Part shown: piece by piece, positions 1-13,002 of the stretch
Layout: each line of letters opens with the position of its first letter
How positions within the stretch are numbered: the stretch's first letter is position 1
Origin: Candidatus Gottesmanbacteria bacterium GW2011_GWA2_43_14
GTDB taxonomy: Bacteria; Patescibacteriota; Microgenomatia; 2-02-FULL-39-11
Length of the DNA stretch: 50,864 nt
Reading direction: 5' to 3'
NCBI GenBank assembly: GCA_000999095.1
Contig: LCFP01000008.1
Span: 1-50,864 of the forward strand
Notes under the pieces: generated by a model
The model's database searches: none
Seen by the model: the letters and a program-made list of their open reading frames with translations, nothing else
What the model was told of the DNA's origin: nothing
Made by a program: the position numbers and the translations under genes

Positions 1-3391
<3,391 letters not shown>

Positions 3392-3742
3392 TTAGGAAAA
3401 TATCAGCTTACCTCTGCTTAGGAAGCTGTTATCATTATCTTTATGGGTCTGCCTGATCCTTAAAGATAAAACGAGGGTAGATGTTTAGATTTGATCAGTA
3501 ATTCGAGGCTAATGGTGTATAGATTTAATCACTTACCTCCTTATTAATAACAGTAAAATATAAATGAACAGTTTGTCAAGCCCTATCGGTACAAGAATGA
3601 TTTTTGCATAGTTATCGTATTCATAAGTTAATATTATCCCGGAAAGATCAATCAAGAGTTGGAAGATTTTTGTATTTTAACCTGTTCCAATAGGGAGAAG
3701 GGGATGTATTTAAAATACCTCTAATTTTTGAAAATTATAGGC

Positions 3743-4732
3743 TTAAAAAATTAATTTTATCCGTTTGAGATAGTAGCTTATGACCAAGATTGAGAAAGCA
3801 AGTGAGGAGAGAATTATCAGCCAGGAAATACTTTGCACCTTGAAAAGTGGTGCAAAGACGTCCTGTGCTGGTTGGACGCTGATGACAGTCCAATTGTAAT
3901 CTTTGACAGCAATGGCAGCACCCATGACATTATCGTCCAGGGTGGGAATGCTTTTATAGTCCAGTAAAACTGTCCTGCCTTTTGATACCTCATCGAGAAA
4001 GTCTTCATCGTTAAAAGCTGTCTTATATTTAACCTCGATATTCTTGTGAAAAGGGGAAAAAACCAGATTGTCGGAGGAATCCAGTATATAAGTATATTTT
4101 ATTCCGCGGTCTGTCATATGATTTTCCAGCTGTGATCTTAGTCCTTCCATATTGATAGTTGTCACAACAATTGCTGCAACTTCACCCTCGCGGATTACCG
4201 GGTCCGTCATTGCCACAATCTTGATACCTGATACTTTGCCGGTAAATGGGTCGGAAACAACACTTTTTTTTGTGGTAACAGTCTTTTGGTAGTATTCCCT
4301 GTCAGATGCCGAAGCTCCTTCAGCCCCGGGTACGGGCGATGCTGATTCAAACATCAAAGTCTGCCCTTCAGGATTTAAAATATAGATACTGTTAAGATCA
4401 GGGTGGTTTTCAATAATGGAATGCATAGCTCTTCTGACCATTTCCGGATTATCCCTGAAGACGGTCAAAAAATCAGGAGTTTTTGCCAATGTTTTGGAAA
4501 CGCTCAATCCGTGTGTCAGATTATCATGGAGGTAAAGGGACAGCAGTTTTGCCTCATTCAGATTAATTTCAAGCACATGGCTGCGGCTGGTTTCAAACCA
4601 TAAGTCAAATAAATAGAAAATAAATAAAAGATAGGGGATGATGGCCAGAAATTGAATCAGAAACAGCTTGGTTTTAGTGCTCTTTAACTGGGGCATTATT
4701 TTCATCTTTTCACATTCATCTATACTTTTCAA
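3743..4732 (-). CDS. Double-Cache-like extracytoplasmic sensor domain protein flanked by two TM helices, with no output domain
   Basis: The N-terminal TM is FLIQFLAIIPYLLFIFYLF. Cache-type motifs include NSIYILNPEGQ, SDREYYQKTV and GIKIVAMTDPV, with a second lobe YTYILDSSDNLVFSP. The C-terminal TM is WLIILSSLAFSILVISYY, and the ORF ends 8 aa later. Confidence 0.6.
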   Translation of the reverse strand: MKSIDECEKMKIMPQLKSTKTKLFLIQFLAIIPYLLFIFYLFDLWFETSRSHVLEINLNEAKLLSLYLHDNLTHGLSVSKTLAKTPDFLTVFRDNPEMVRRAMHSIIENHPDLNSIYILNPEGQTLMFESASPVPGAEGASASDREYYQKTVTTKKSVVSDPFTGKVSGIKIVAMTDPVIREGEVAAIVVTTINMEGLRSQLENHMTDRGIKYTYILDSSDNLVFSPFHKNIEVKYKTAFNDEDFLDEVSKGRTVLLDYKSIPTLDDNVMGAAIAVKDYNWTVISVQPAQDVFAPLFKVQSISWLIILSSLAFSILVISYYLKRIKLIF

Positions 4733-4749
4733 CAGAGCGGGATTTTGTT

Positions 4750-5394
4750 ATGCTGAACAGGATGGTTGAAGTCATTCCTGCCATTTTGGAAAAGGATTTT
4801 GCCGAAATTGAAAGAAAAATCCGTTTAGTGGAAAACCTTGTCGAATGGGTCCAGATTGATGTGGCAGACGGAATTCTGGTGCCCAATGACACAAAAACCG
4901 ATCCGTCCGCTTTTAAAAACCTCAAAACAAAATTAAATCTGGAAGCCCATCTTATGGTTAAAGAGCCCGCCAAAATAGTTTCTTCATATGCTGACGCAGG
5001 TTTTAAACGCATTTATGCTCATATCGAAGCGGACGGGGTTGAGGAATTCATGTCCGAAGCTTATAAAAAAAATGTCGAAGTCGGATTGGCTATTGACGGT
5101 CCTACCCCTTATGAAAAAATAGCTCCATATCTAGACAATATTGACGGAGTTTTAGTTATGGCCATCAAGGCGGGATTTTCGGGCCAGCCGTTTTTAGCAG
5201 AAACGCCGGAGAAAATAAAAAAAATCCATGAATTCTATTTTGATTTACCGATTTGTGTTGATGGTGCGATGACTGCTGAAAATGCGGCCAAAGTCATCAA
5301 AGCCGGTGCAACCCGCATCAACTCCAATTCGTACTTATTTAACGCTTCCGATATATTCCAGGCTGTCAAATCAATCCAAACTATTCAAACCTAA
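4750..5394 (+). CDS. rpe: Ribulose-phosphate 3-epimerase family protein (divergent)
   Basis: 214 aa. Family motifs appear in the correct order: IPAIL..DF, QIDVADGILVPN (family HxDxMDGxFVPN), HLMV, VMAIKAGFSGQPF (family PGFGGQxF), VDGAM. Transketolase lies adjacent. Confidence 0.7.
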   Translation: MLNRMVEVIPAILEKDFAEIERKIRLVENLVEWVQIDVADGILVPNDTKTDPSAFKNLKTKLNLEAHLMVKEPAKIVSSYADAGFKRIYAHIEADGVEEFMSEAYKKNVEVGLAIDGPTPYEKIAPYLDNIDGVLVMAIKAGFSGQPFLAETPEKIKKIHEFYFDLPICVDGAMTAENAAKVIKAGATRINSNSYLFNASDIFQAVKSIQTIQT

Positions 5395-5500
5395 CATACC
5401 AAATCTATACATCTTCAGGCGTGAAATAGATCGAAATCTATACACCCGACCTAGACACCCGACCTGGCCAATCGTGAGATGTTGATTTATAATATGTTTT

Positions 5501-7408
5501 GTGGAATCAGCTAAAATCCAGGCTTTAGCCAAACTTGTCAGATATTATAGTTTGGTTTCATCTTCCGAAGCCGGCTCCGGCCATCCCTCTTCATCCCTTT
5601 CGGCCGCCGATCTGATGACCGTTCTGATGTTCGGAGGCGGCCATGCGGGTTTCTTCCATTATGATTTTGAAAAACCGGCCGATTTTGCCAACGACCGTCT
5701 GGTCTTTTCCAAAGGACATGCCTCGCCCTTATACTATTCTTTATTTTTGGCCGCCAACCAAATTACGGAGACAGGTATCCGCAGGTTGCGACGCCTTGAT
5801 TCACCGCTTGAAGGGCACCCGACGCCCCGTTTCAAATTCACGGAAGCGGCAACCGGCAGTCTCGGACAGGGTTTGTCAATCGGCTTCGGTTTGGGGCTTG
5901 GTATCAGAAAGCATTACGAAAAAATGCTTGGCTCTTTGGGAAACGCAGTACCACATGTTTATGTCCTTTTAGGCGACGGAGAGATGGCCGAAGGGTCTGT
6001 TTGGGAAGCCGTCAATTTGGCTTCCTACTATCAAATGAACAATCTCACCGCTGTTTTGGATGTCAACCGCCTGGGCCAGAGCCAGGCGACAATTCTGGGC
6101 TGGGATACCGGCGCTTACGAGCAAAGGTTTAAAGCCTTCGGATGGGATACACTGGTCATAGACGGACACAATTTAGAACAAATTGAAACAGCCTTCGGAA
6201 AAATTCAATCATCAGTCCAAACTAAGCCCTCGGTCATCATCGCCAAAACGATAAAAGGCAAAGGCGTTTCATTTATTGAGGATAAAGACGGCTGGCACGG
6301 CAAACCGCTTCCTGCCGATGAGCTGAAAAAAGCCCTGGGGGAACTGGGAGAGATTGATTTGAAGCTTAGGGGAGAAGTCCAAATGCCGGACAAAAGTCTT
6401 CATCTTGAAAAGATCAAGATCAATAAGACCATTTTGACTGAAGTAAATTATAAGAAAGGCGATTCTGTTGCCACCCGCAAAGCTTTCGGCACTGCTCTGG
6501 CACGCCTGGGGGATAAATATCCGCAAATAGTTTCCCTGGACGGGGATGTCAAAAATTCGACTTATGCGGAAATCTTCAAAGAAAAGTTCCCCCAAAGATT
6601 TTTTGAGATGTTTATTGCCGAACAGAATATGGTTGGCACCGCGGTGGGACTGGCCAAACTAGGTTACGTCCCTTTCGTTTCCACATTTGCCGCTTTTCTG
6701 ACCCGCGCCTATGACCAGATCCGCATGGCCGCTTTGTCCTCAGCCAATATTAAAATTTGCGGTTCCCATGCCGGTGTCTCGATCGGCGAGGACGGCCCCT
6801 CCCAAATGGGGCTGGAAGACCTGGCGATGTTCAGGGCTGTCCACGGCTCAACTGTTCTTTACCCGGCCGATGCGGTGGCCACGGAAAAACTCGTCGAAGA
6901 GATGGTCAACTGTCAGGGCATAAGTTATATAAGGACGTCGCGTCCGGCCACTCCTGTTATTTACGAAAACAGCGAAGAGTTCCCAATCGGCGGGTCCAAG
7001 CTCCATAACCCGCCGGATGCTGAACATAAGCCATCAGTCATCATTGTGGCAGCCGGCATCACCCTTTTTGAAGCATTGAAAGCCCAACAGGAGCTGGCCA
7101 AAGACGGAATTGTCGCCACAGTCGTCGACTGCTACTCCATAAAACCGCTTGACGGTCAAACATTGGAAAAATTAGCTTCCTTAACCCCCAACTTCATTAC
7201 GGTCGAAGACCATTGGTTCGAAGGGGGATTGGGAGATGCGGTCCTGAATGTGTTTGCCCGCGGTCCAGATGTAAAAATCAGCAAGCTGGCCGTAACTCAA
7301 ATGCCCAGGAGTGGCAAACCGGCCGAACTTTTAGCTTTGGAAAAAATTGATTCAACCTCAATTGTGGCAACCGTTAAAACTCTCATCTCAAACTTTTCTA
7401 AATTTTAA
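5501..7408 (+). CDS. tkt: Transketolase (fused N- and C-terminal halves)
   Basis: 635 aa with a GTG start. Motifs include GSGHPSSSLSAADLMTVL, the ThDP motif GDGEMAEGSVWEA, and a pyrimidine-binding/C-terminal region (FIAEQNMVGTAVGLA, GSHAGVSIGEDGPSQMGLED). Confidence 0.9.
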   Translation: MESAKIQALAKLVRYYSLVSSSEAGSGHPSSSLSAADLMTVLMFGGGHAGFFHYDFEKPADFANDRLVFSKGHASPLYYSLFLAANQITETGIRRLRRLDSPLEGHPTPRFKFTEAATGSLGQGLSIGFGLGLGIRKHYEKMLGSLGNAVPHVYVLLGDGEMAEGSVWEAVNLASYYQMNNLTAVLDVNRLGQSQATILGWDTGAYEQRFKAFGWDTLVIDGHNLEQIETAFGKIQSSVQTKPSVIIAKTIKGKGVSFIEDKDGWHGKPLPADELKKALGELGEIDLKLRGEVQMPDKSLHLEKIKINKTILTEVNYKKGDSVATRKAFGTALARLGDKYPQIVSLDGDVKNSTYAEIFKEKFPQRFFEMFIAEQNMVGTAVGLAKLGYVPFVSTFAAFLTRAYDQIRMAALSSANIKICGSHAGVSIGEDGPSQMGLEDLAMFRAVHGSTVLYPADAVATEKLVEEMVNCQGISYIRTSRPATPVIYENSEEFPIGGSKLHNPPDAEHKPSVIIVAAGITLFEALKAQQELAKDGIVATVVDCYSIKPLDGQTLEKLASLTPNFITVEDHWFEGGLGDAVLNVFARGPDVKISKLAVTQMPRSGKPAELLALEKIDSTSIVATVKTLISNFSKF

Positions 7409-7431
7409 AAACAGGATTTTTTATACTGCAT

Positions 7432-7764
7432 ATGCTTAGCGAAATATCACATTTTGTGGGAAGAAGGGTAGGTGAAGCCCAATTTTTTCTTGAAAGACAG
7501 GGAGTTATTTTTTCCAGACTGAACCCGTTCTCCGCAACCTGGAAACAGACAGAAAAAAGCATTGAATTAGATGGCAAAAAATTGGCAGCTTTTCCCCTTT
7601 CATACTTCCAACGAAAAGAAACCAGGGAAAAAGCATTCGCTCTGTTTCCCGATACGCATGAGGCACAAATATACCCTGTTTTCAGGGAAGAGGACTATAC
7701 AATTGTCGGTGCGGCTCTGATTGACAGGAATGAGGAAACCCCGGTCATTTCAAAGCAATTTTAG
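7432..7764 (+). CDS. Hypothetical protein
   Basis: 110-aa ORF that fills the gap between tkt and the VOC genes. No motif recognised. Confidence 0.5.
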   Translation: MLSEISHFVGRRVGEAQFFLERQGVIFSRLNPFSATWKQTEKSIELDGKKLAAFPLSYFQRKETREKAFALFPDTHEAQIYPVFREEDYTIVGAALIDRNEETPVISKQF

Positions 7765-7820
7765 TTAATCCCTTATACTATTTCATCAAAATCTCACAAA
7801 CATCGGGTATTATAAAGTCA

Positions 7821-8144
7821 ATGAAATCAACTCTCCTGACCAGCAGGAATCCCGATAAATTGCTTGATTTCTACCGTCATGTGGTAGGTGCGGATATTGA
7901 TGAAAATGTTGTTTTCGGCAGTGATCAGAAAGCATATATAGCGCCTCAGCAGAGCTTGGAAGAGGATTTTTTGAACGAGCCGGTCGCTTTTGAAGTCGGT
8001 AATCTGGAGGAAAAAATCAGGGAGCTGGAAGGATCGGATGCCAGAAAGACTCTAGGCATCATCCGGGTCGGCAATTACTCCTTCGCTTCCTTCGTCGATC
8101 CCGACGGCAACCCCTTTGAGCTGGTTCAGAAGAAGAAAGAATAA
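7821..8144 (+). CDS. Glyoxalase/VOC-fold family protein
   Basis: 107 aa. The C-terminal FVDPDGNPFELVQ is typical of VOC/glyoxalase-fold proteins. It is a tandem paralogue of the next ORF. Confidence 0.6.
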   Translation: MKSTLLTSRNPDKLLDFYRHVVGADIDENVVFGSDQKAYIAPQQSLEEDFLNEPVAFEVGNLEEKIRELEGSDARKTLGIIRVGNYSFASFVDPDGNPFELVQKKKE

Positions 8145-8154
8145 TGGAAATATT

Positions 8155-8553
8155 ATGATCAAAGGCATAGAGTCAGTTTTGCTGTTTTCGGAAAATCCCA
8201 AGGAATTGATGGAGTTTTACCGGGATACACTCGGGCTGAAAGTAGACATGGAAGGGGAGTACGGGGACGAGGAGGAGCTTTATGTCGGTTTTCAGCCGGG
8301 AAAAGGTTCTTATATGGTCGTCATGCATCATTCCAAAGTCAAAGGCAAGAACAGGGAACCGGAACGATTCATGGTCAATTTCGAGGTGGACAATATAGAA
8401 AAAGAGGTAGCCCGGCTCGACAAGGCCAAAGTCCGAAAAATCCAGGATATTTACCATGTTGAAGATTACGGAAAAATAGCCACTTTTGTCGATCCCGACG
8501 GCAATTACTTCCAACTTGTTCAAATCCGTCCGTCGCCCGCAAAAGCCAATTAA
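8155..8553 (+). CDS. Glyoxalase/VOC-fold family protein
   Basis: Starts MIKGIESVLLFSENPKELMEFYRDTLGL and ends FVDPDGNYFQLVQ. I prefer the ATG at 8155 because it lies just after the upstream stop at 8142-8144. The ORF-track start at 8116 would overlap the preceding gene. Confidence 0.65.
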   Translation: MIKGIESVLLFSENPKELMEFYRDTLGLKVDMEGEYGDEEELYVGFQPGKGSYMVVMHHSKVKGKNREPERFMVNFEVDNIEKEVARLDKAKVRKIQDIYHVEDYGKIATFVDPDGNYFQLVQIRPSPAKAN

Positions 8554-8819
8554 GGAGATTGGGAAATTGTCTTCAAACTCGAAATGACGGTTGGGTTATC
8601 CGAAGGCCGATATTTTATTTCAGCTTCAGGATAGTCTTTCTTCAGCATCATCAGAAATTCATCTAACCAAGAAGGTGTCAGAACCTTTATTTTTTCAAAG
8701 TCGAGTTCAATAGCATCTGCTTTTTTATTGAGCAGGTAGGCTTTGGCAGACAAGTAAGCATCCCGTCCGGCCGGTCTGGAAATAAGAAAGTCCCCGAATT
8801 TATATAACTTGATGGTCAT
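8550..8819 (-). CDS. STAS-like (DUF4325-type) small protein
   Basis: 89 aa. RPAGRDAYLSAKAYLL...AIELDFEKIKVLTPSWLDEFLMML matches the pattern I recall for the STAS-like DUF4325 family. It starts 1 nt after the stop of the GHKL gene. Confidence 0.55.
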   Translation of the reverse strand: MTIKLYKFGDFLISRPAGRDAYLSAKAYLLNKKADAIELDFEKIKVLTPSWLDEFLMMLKKDYPEAEIKYRPSDNPTVISSLKTISQSP

Positions 8820-8820
8820 G

Positions 8821-9645
8821 TCAATATTTTAACATTGCCAGACAGCCCCTGATAATTCCCGGCATCTCAGTGATTTTTAGCTTCTTTTCCTTTGACAATT
8901 CCAACAATGCCCGGCCGCTTTGAAATCTTAAACTCCAATTCTTGTCGCTGACAACCGAGGATACGAATTTCAGACCGTTGCCTCTTTTCTCGCCGTATCT
9001 GCCCGAAACTACTTCCGTAAAGGCTACTTTAAGAGCCCGGGCATCGTTTTTTACCTGCGGTCTGACGTTGCGGATAGTTTTTAAGATTCCCTGTCCCCGG
9101 TCCGCCAGGACAACCCTATTAGGAGAACTGGCGAAGCAGATCCCCGGAAGGTCAGGCCAATTTCCCAGATTATGGTCAAAAGAATTATTGCCGATTTCCC
9201 CGGCTACCGCCGCCACTAAATAAGCGTCAGTGCCTATTTTAATTTCCAGCCGTTCCGCAAATGATTGCAGCCGGGCTAGGAAAATATCTCTTGTCTGGCA
9301 ATAAATTTCTTTTGGGAGAGAGGAGGCTGTAGGTTTGGACACCCATGACAGAGCCTGGCCGTAAATATCCTCATTTGCAGAAACAGAGGCATTTTTCATT
9401 AATGTTTTGACAGCCTCAAAAAGGACCGTATCTTGGTTAATTATAAAATATACAAGACGGCCCTGGCGATAGGATTGAAATAGTCCTGATTTCACCATTA
9501 TCTTCAGCTCCCGTCTGATATTACCGGCAGAAATAGAGGTCAGTTTGGCAATTTCATGCAGATAATATGCCCGATTAGGATCAGTCAGGAATAAATTCAA
9601 TATTTTGAGCCTGCTATTGGATGTGCTGAGTTTGAACAAATCCAT
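8821..9645 (-). CDS. Winged-helix DNA-binding domain fused to a GHKL/HATPase_c-type ATP-binding domain (SpoIIAB/RsbW-like)
   Basis: 274 aa. The N-terminal wHTH is LKILNLFLTDPNRAYYLHEIAKLTSISAGNIRRELKIMVKSGL. GHKL motifs follow in order: GEIGNNSFDHN (N box), LADRGQGIL (G1), GEKRGNGLKFV (G2). Confidence 0.65.
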   Translation of the reverse strand: MDLFKLSTSNSRLKILNLFLTDPNRAYYLHEIAKLTSISAGNIRRELKIMVKSGLFQSYRQGRLVYFIINQDTVLFEAVKTLMKNASVSANEDIYGQALSWVSKPTASSLPKEIYCQTRDIFLARLQSFAERLEIKIGTDAYLVAAVAGEIGNNSFDHNLGNWPDLPGICFASSPNRVVLADRGQGILKTIRNVRPQVKNDARALKVAFTEVVSGRYGEKRGNGLKFVSSVVSDKNWSLRFQSGRALLELSKEKKLKITEMPGIIRGCLAMLKY

Positions 9646-10213
9646 ACAGGAATTATAGTCAAAACTGACTACGAAGTCAATTATATCCCATAATAATTTT
9701 ATCCACAGGCCTATAGTCTAGTTGTCCACGCAACTGAATATTGACCTGGATTGTCAAAACCTGCTAAACTACCCAAGGTTTCCCCTAGATCCCTTCATAA
9801 GCGGGGGATTTTTTGGGGCATTAATTCAAAATATGACTTATGTAATCGAAAATTCAACTCGAGGAATTGTTCTAAATGATTTCCCGTTAAGTGGGGAGCT
9901 TTATCTAAGAAGTAATCCTGGGGGGCGACCAGGAAATGGAGGAGGGAATACAGGGAGTGGAGGCAATTACGATCAGCCATATAGGGAGTGGACTACTGAT
10001 CCAACAGGAGGAGGAAGACCAATCGTTCCTCAAGGGCCGACATATCCGTTAAGACAAGATCATGGAATTGGCTATGGTAATGACGGTGGTCACCGAGATG
10101 GTCCTGACACCAATGGAAGTAGAGGCAGTCGAGGGAGCAGTTAAGCTTTATATAATCGTAAGCGGGAGACATAGAGGTTTTTTTGTGGCCAAAATTTATG
10201 TTATATTAATAAA

Positions 10214-11101
10214 ATGCAGAAATTGCCTTCCAAAATCTTTATAGACGGCGGGCTGCCGCAGGAAACTAAAAAAGCTTCAGGTAGCATGCTGGCCTCATTC
10301 GGCTATCCCCTTGACGGTCAGACTACCAATCCGACTTTGATTGCCCGCAATCTGGCGGCAAAACAGGCGCTCCCGCACCAGGACTTTGCCGGAAGGGGAG
10401 GGGAGAAGCTGACCGAAGCTCAGGCTCTAGAGGAGTATAAAAGGATCGTTGTGGAAATGAGTGCGGTAATTCCGGCAGGTTCGGTTTCCATTCAGGTTAC
10501 AGCTACCGAAAAGACAACATCGGGGGAGATGCTGGAACAGGCCAGGGATAGAAACAAATGGATTCCCAATGCTTCAATTAAGTTTCCCGCGACCCTGACG
10601 GGCTTGGCGGCGGCTGGCAAAGCATGCCGGGAAATGCCAATCAACATTACACTGGTTTTTTCACAAAACCAGGCCGCTGCCGTCTATGAAGTAACCCGCG
10701 GGGCCAAATACCCTATATTTATTTCTCCATTCGTAGGCCGCCTGGATGATATCGGACAAAACGGCATGCATGTAGTTAAAAATATACTCAAAATGTTTCA
10801 AAATGGAGACGGGCACGTGGAAGTTCTTACCGCTTCAGTCCGCAATCTTGATCACATATTGTATGCTCTCCAACTGAAATCGGAAATTATCACCATCCCG
10901 TTTAAGGTTTTCCAACTATGGGCCGAAGAAAATTTCCGCATTCCCGATGAAAATTATGCTTATGAAAAACCGGAGCTGGAAGTCATACCATACAAACCGG
11001 AAATTCAGTTGGGGAGAAATTGGGAAGAATACGATTTAAGCCACGGGCTGACTGAGCGCGGCCTTGCCGCTTTCTACAAGGACTGGACCTCTTTGTTCTG
11101 A
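10214..11101 (+). CDS. tal: Transaldolase family protein
   Basis: 295 aa. Motifs: KIFIDGG, GQTTNPTLIA, ASIKFPATLTGL (Schiff-base Lys context), NITLVFS, ISPFVGRLDD. Confidence 0.85.
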   Translation: MQKLPSKIFIDGGLPQETKKASGSMLASFGYPLDGQTTNPTLIARNLAAKQALPHQDFAGRGGEKLTEAQALEEYKRIVVEMSAVIPAGSVSIQVTATEKTTSGEMLEQARDRNKWIPNASIKFPATLTGLAAAGKACREMPINITLVFSQNQAAAVYEVTRGAKYPIFISPFVGRLDDIGQNGMHVVKNILKMFQNGDGHVEVLTASVRNLDHILYALQLKSEIITIPFKVFQLWAEENFRIPDENYAYEKPELEVIPYKPEIQLGRNWEEYDLSHGLTERGLAAFYKDWTSLF

Positions 11102-11113
11102 TATAATTGATTC

Positions 11114-11773
11114 ATGGTTGATGATGCTGATGTTCTGGACCTGGAGTCCATGCCGGAATCCTACTACGGCTTCATTTACCACTACTACCGGGCCGAAGTT
11201 TACCGCGAGACCAACTGGCGCAACCGGCTGGATATCACTACCAATTGGTCGATTGTGGTGACTGCGGCCATGCTCTCCTTTGTTTTTTCCAATCCGTCAG
11301 CTCCGCATTCCATCATCCTCATCAATTATATTTTTGTCTGGTTTTTCCTCTATGTCGAATCCAGGCGCTTCCGTTACTACTCACTTCTTCGTGAAAGGAC
11401 GAGGATTATCGAAAAACAGCTGCTCTCCCAGATCATTTTGGGCAAAACAGGCAAGCTCAATGTAAACAAATGGCGGGAAAGGCTGGCTTCCAGTTTCATG
11501 AACCTAAAAGTGCCAATGTCGAGGATGGAATCTGTCGCCTGGAGGTTGAGAAGGAATTATCTGATTATCTTTCCCGTGATTTTTCTGTCCTGGCTCGGCA
11601 GAATCCAGTCATATCCGGTTCCGGCGCTGTCTGCCGGACGCTTATTTCTCAATGCCAGGGTTTGGTTTGTGCCCGGGGAAGTTGTTTTCTACTTATTCAT
11701 GGTCTCCGTCATTATCGCCATCATTTTGGCCTTTTACATTCCCATCAAATCCCGCCACAGCGACTTGCCCTGA
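11114..11773 (+). CDS. Integral membrane protein, DUF2270-like
   Basis: 219 aa. YRAEVYRETNWRNRLDITTNWSIVVTAAMLSFVFS and VESRRFRYYSLL match the conserved core I recall for DUF2270. Several hydrophobic helices are present. Confidence 0.6.
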   Translation: MVDDADVLDLESMPESYYGFIYHYYRAEVYRETNWRNRLDITTNWSIVVTAAMLSFVFSNPSAPHSIILINYIFVWFFLYVESRRFRYYSLLRERTRIIEKQLLSQIILGKTGKLNVNKWRERLASSFMNLKVPMSRMESVAWRLRRNYLIIFPVIFLSWLGRIQSYPVPALSAGRLFLNARVWFVPGEVVFYLFMVSVIIAIILAFYIPIKSRHSDLP

Positions 11774-11776
11774 AGC

Positions 11777-12931
11777 TTAATATATATCAAAAGGATTTTC
11801 GGCTACACCGACATTCCTGATATCAGTCCAGAAATAATTGTTGGGTAGGATTACTGTATTCATATCATATAGGGCAGTGAGGCTGGTTAAATTTTCCCTA
11901 CGGGGTTCAATCAAAGCGCATACCACCGGCTGGCGGACGAATAAATCGGGAGTCAGCTCAATAGGCTCTCCCAGGGGCAGAAGACCATAACGGACAATTT
12001 TGCCTACGGTACCTCGGGTAACAATCTGATTTGCCGGTTGGGGTGACTCGGAGCGCAAAAATGCCTGACCGTCAAAAGTATAGCCGTACTGATTTTTATA
12101 AAGCTCATCCAGGTTGTAAAAATTAGGATGCCTGAAGAAAAGGCCGCCTTCAAGCATCTCATTGGGTTTGTCAGCTTCAATATCGGAAAAAGCACGTCTA
12201 GGGCTGTTGCGATCGTCCAAAGTGGCTTCCATGAACGGCTGAAGGAATTCCTCACCGGTAATTACAGCTTCAAAGTCATTCCGATCCCACTTTGTGATCC
12301 GTCTGGCGAAACGCAGCAGGTGGTCTACCAGGACATCTGATCCGGGGATGTTTCCGGGAAGTAGGCTTTCCTCGTTAATATGTTTCCAATCCACAACGAT
12401 AATCCCGTCTTTCGGCATGCCGCCGATTCCGTGCCGGATATGGGCAATGAGTTTGGGAGCAAGGTTTACAGCAAGACTTGTTAACTGGTTGGGTTGGAGA
12501 AAATAACGGCGCTGGTCAGAATTCAGATCGAAAAATAAATATTTTTCATCAACTACTTTAATATTTCCCTTAAATAGGTTTTCCAGTTCTCCTTCAGGTG
12601 TCATATACCCGTAATAGGATAATTCTTCGCCTATTTTATTTCGCAATGTCTGGACTCTGTCTGCATTTTCTCTAGAATTACCCGTAGAGAGTACGAGATT
12701 CTTTCCGGCAATATAGGCTTTAAATTTAGCGGACGGTGGGAGGTAAAGCCCGCAGGCCTGCTGGTTATCAATCCATTCTATTAATCTTTCTTCCTTATGG
12801 TCGGACAAACCGCTTTCATCTTCAGTGACGACTCTGGAAGGAGGTTGGTCTGGATTTGAGCAGGATGCCATAATTACTGCACCTGCTGCAGTTCCTAAAA
12901 CTTTTAAAGCTTCAAGTCTAGTTATTGCCAT
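11777..12931 (-). CDS. Secreted lipoprotein, function unknown
   Basis: 384 aa. The N-terminus LKVLGTAAGAVIMASCSNPDQPP is signal-peptide-like with a Cys. A TATAAT (plus 12942-12947) lies 10 nt upstream of the ATG. Confidence 0.7.
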   Translation of the reverse strand: MAITRLEALKVLGTAAGAVIMASCSNPDQPPSRVVTEDESGLSDHKEERLIEWIDNQQACGLYLPPSAKFKAYIAGKNLVLSTGNSRENADRVQTLRNKIGEELSYYGYMTPEGELENLFKGNIKVVDEKYLFFDLNSDQRRYFLQPNQLTSLAVNLAPKLIAHIRHGIGGMPKDGIIVVDWKHINEESLLPGNIPGSDVLVDHLLRFARRITKWDRNDFEAVITGEEFLQPFMEATLDDRNSPRRAFSDIEADKPNEMLEGGLFFRHPNFYNLDELYKNQYGYTFDGQAFLRSESPQPANQIVTRGTVGKIVRYGLLPLGEPIELTPDLFVRQPVVCALIEPRRENLTSLTALYDMNTVILPNNYFWTDIRNVGVAENPFDIY

Positions 12932-13002
12932 AATTTGTCATATTATACCGCGCCAAATCAAATTTCCGGATTTTGCCTGTCTGTGGTAAAATGCTATAGG
13001 TT

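Noticed and set aside
9722-10144. 140-aa ORF (TTG start; internal ATG at 9833) encoding a Gly/Pro/Asn/Arg-rich low-complexity sequence
   Set aside because: It has no SD or promoter-proximal start and no domain, and its low-complexity composition could keep a frame open by chance. It may be a real disordered protein, but I cannot support that from sequence alone. This leaves 9646-10213 unannotated.
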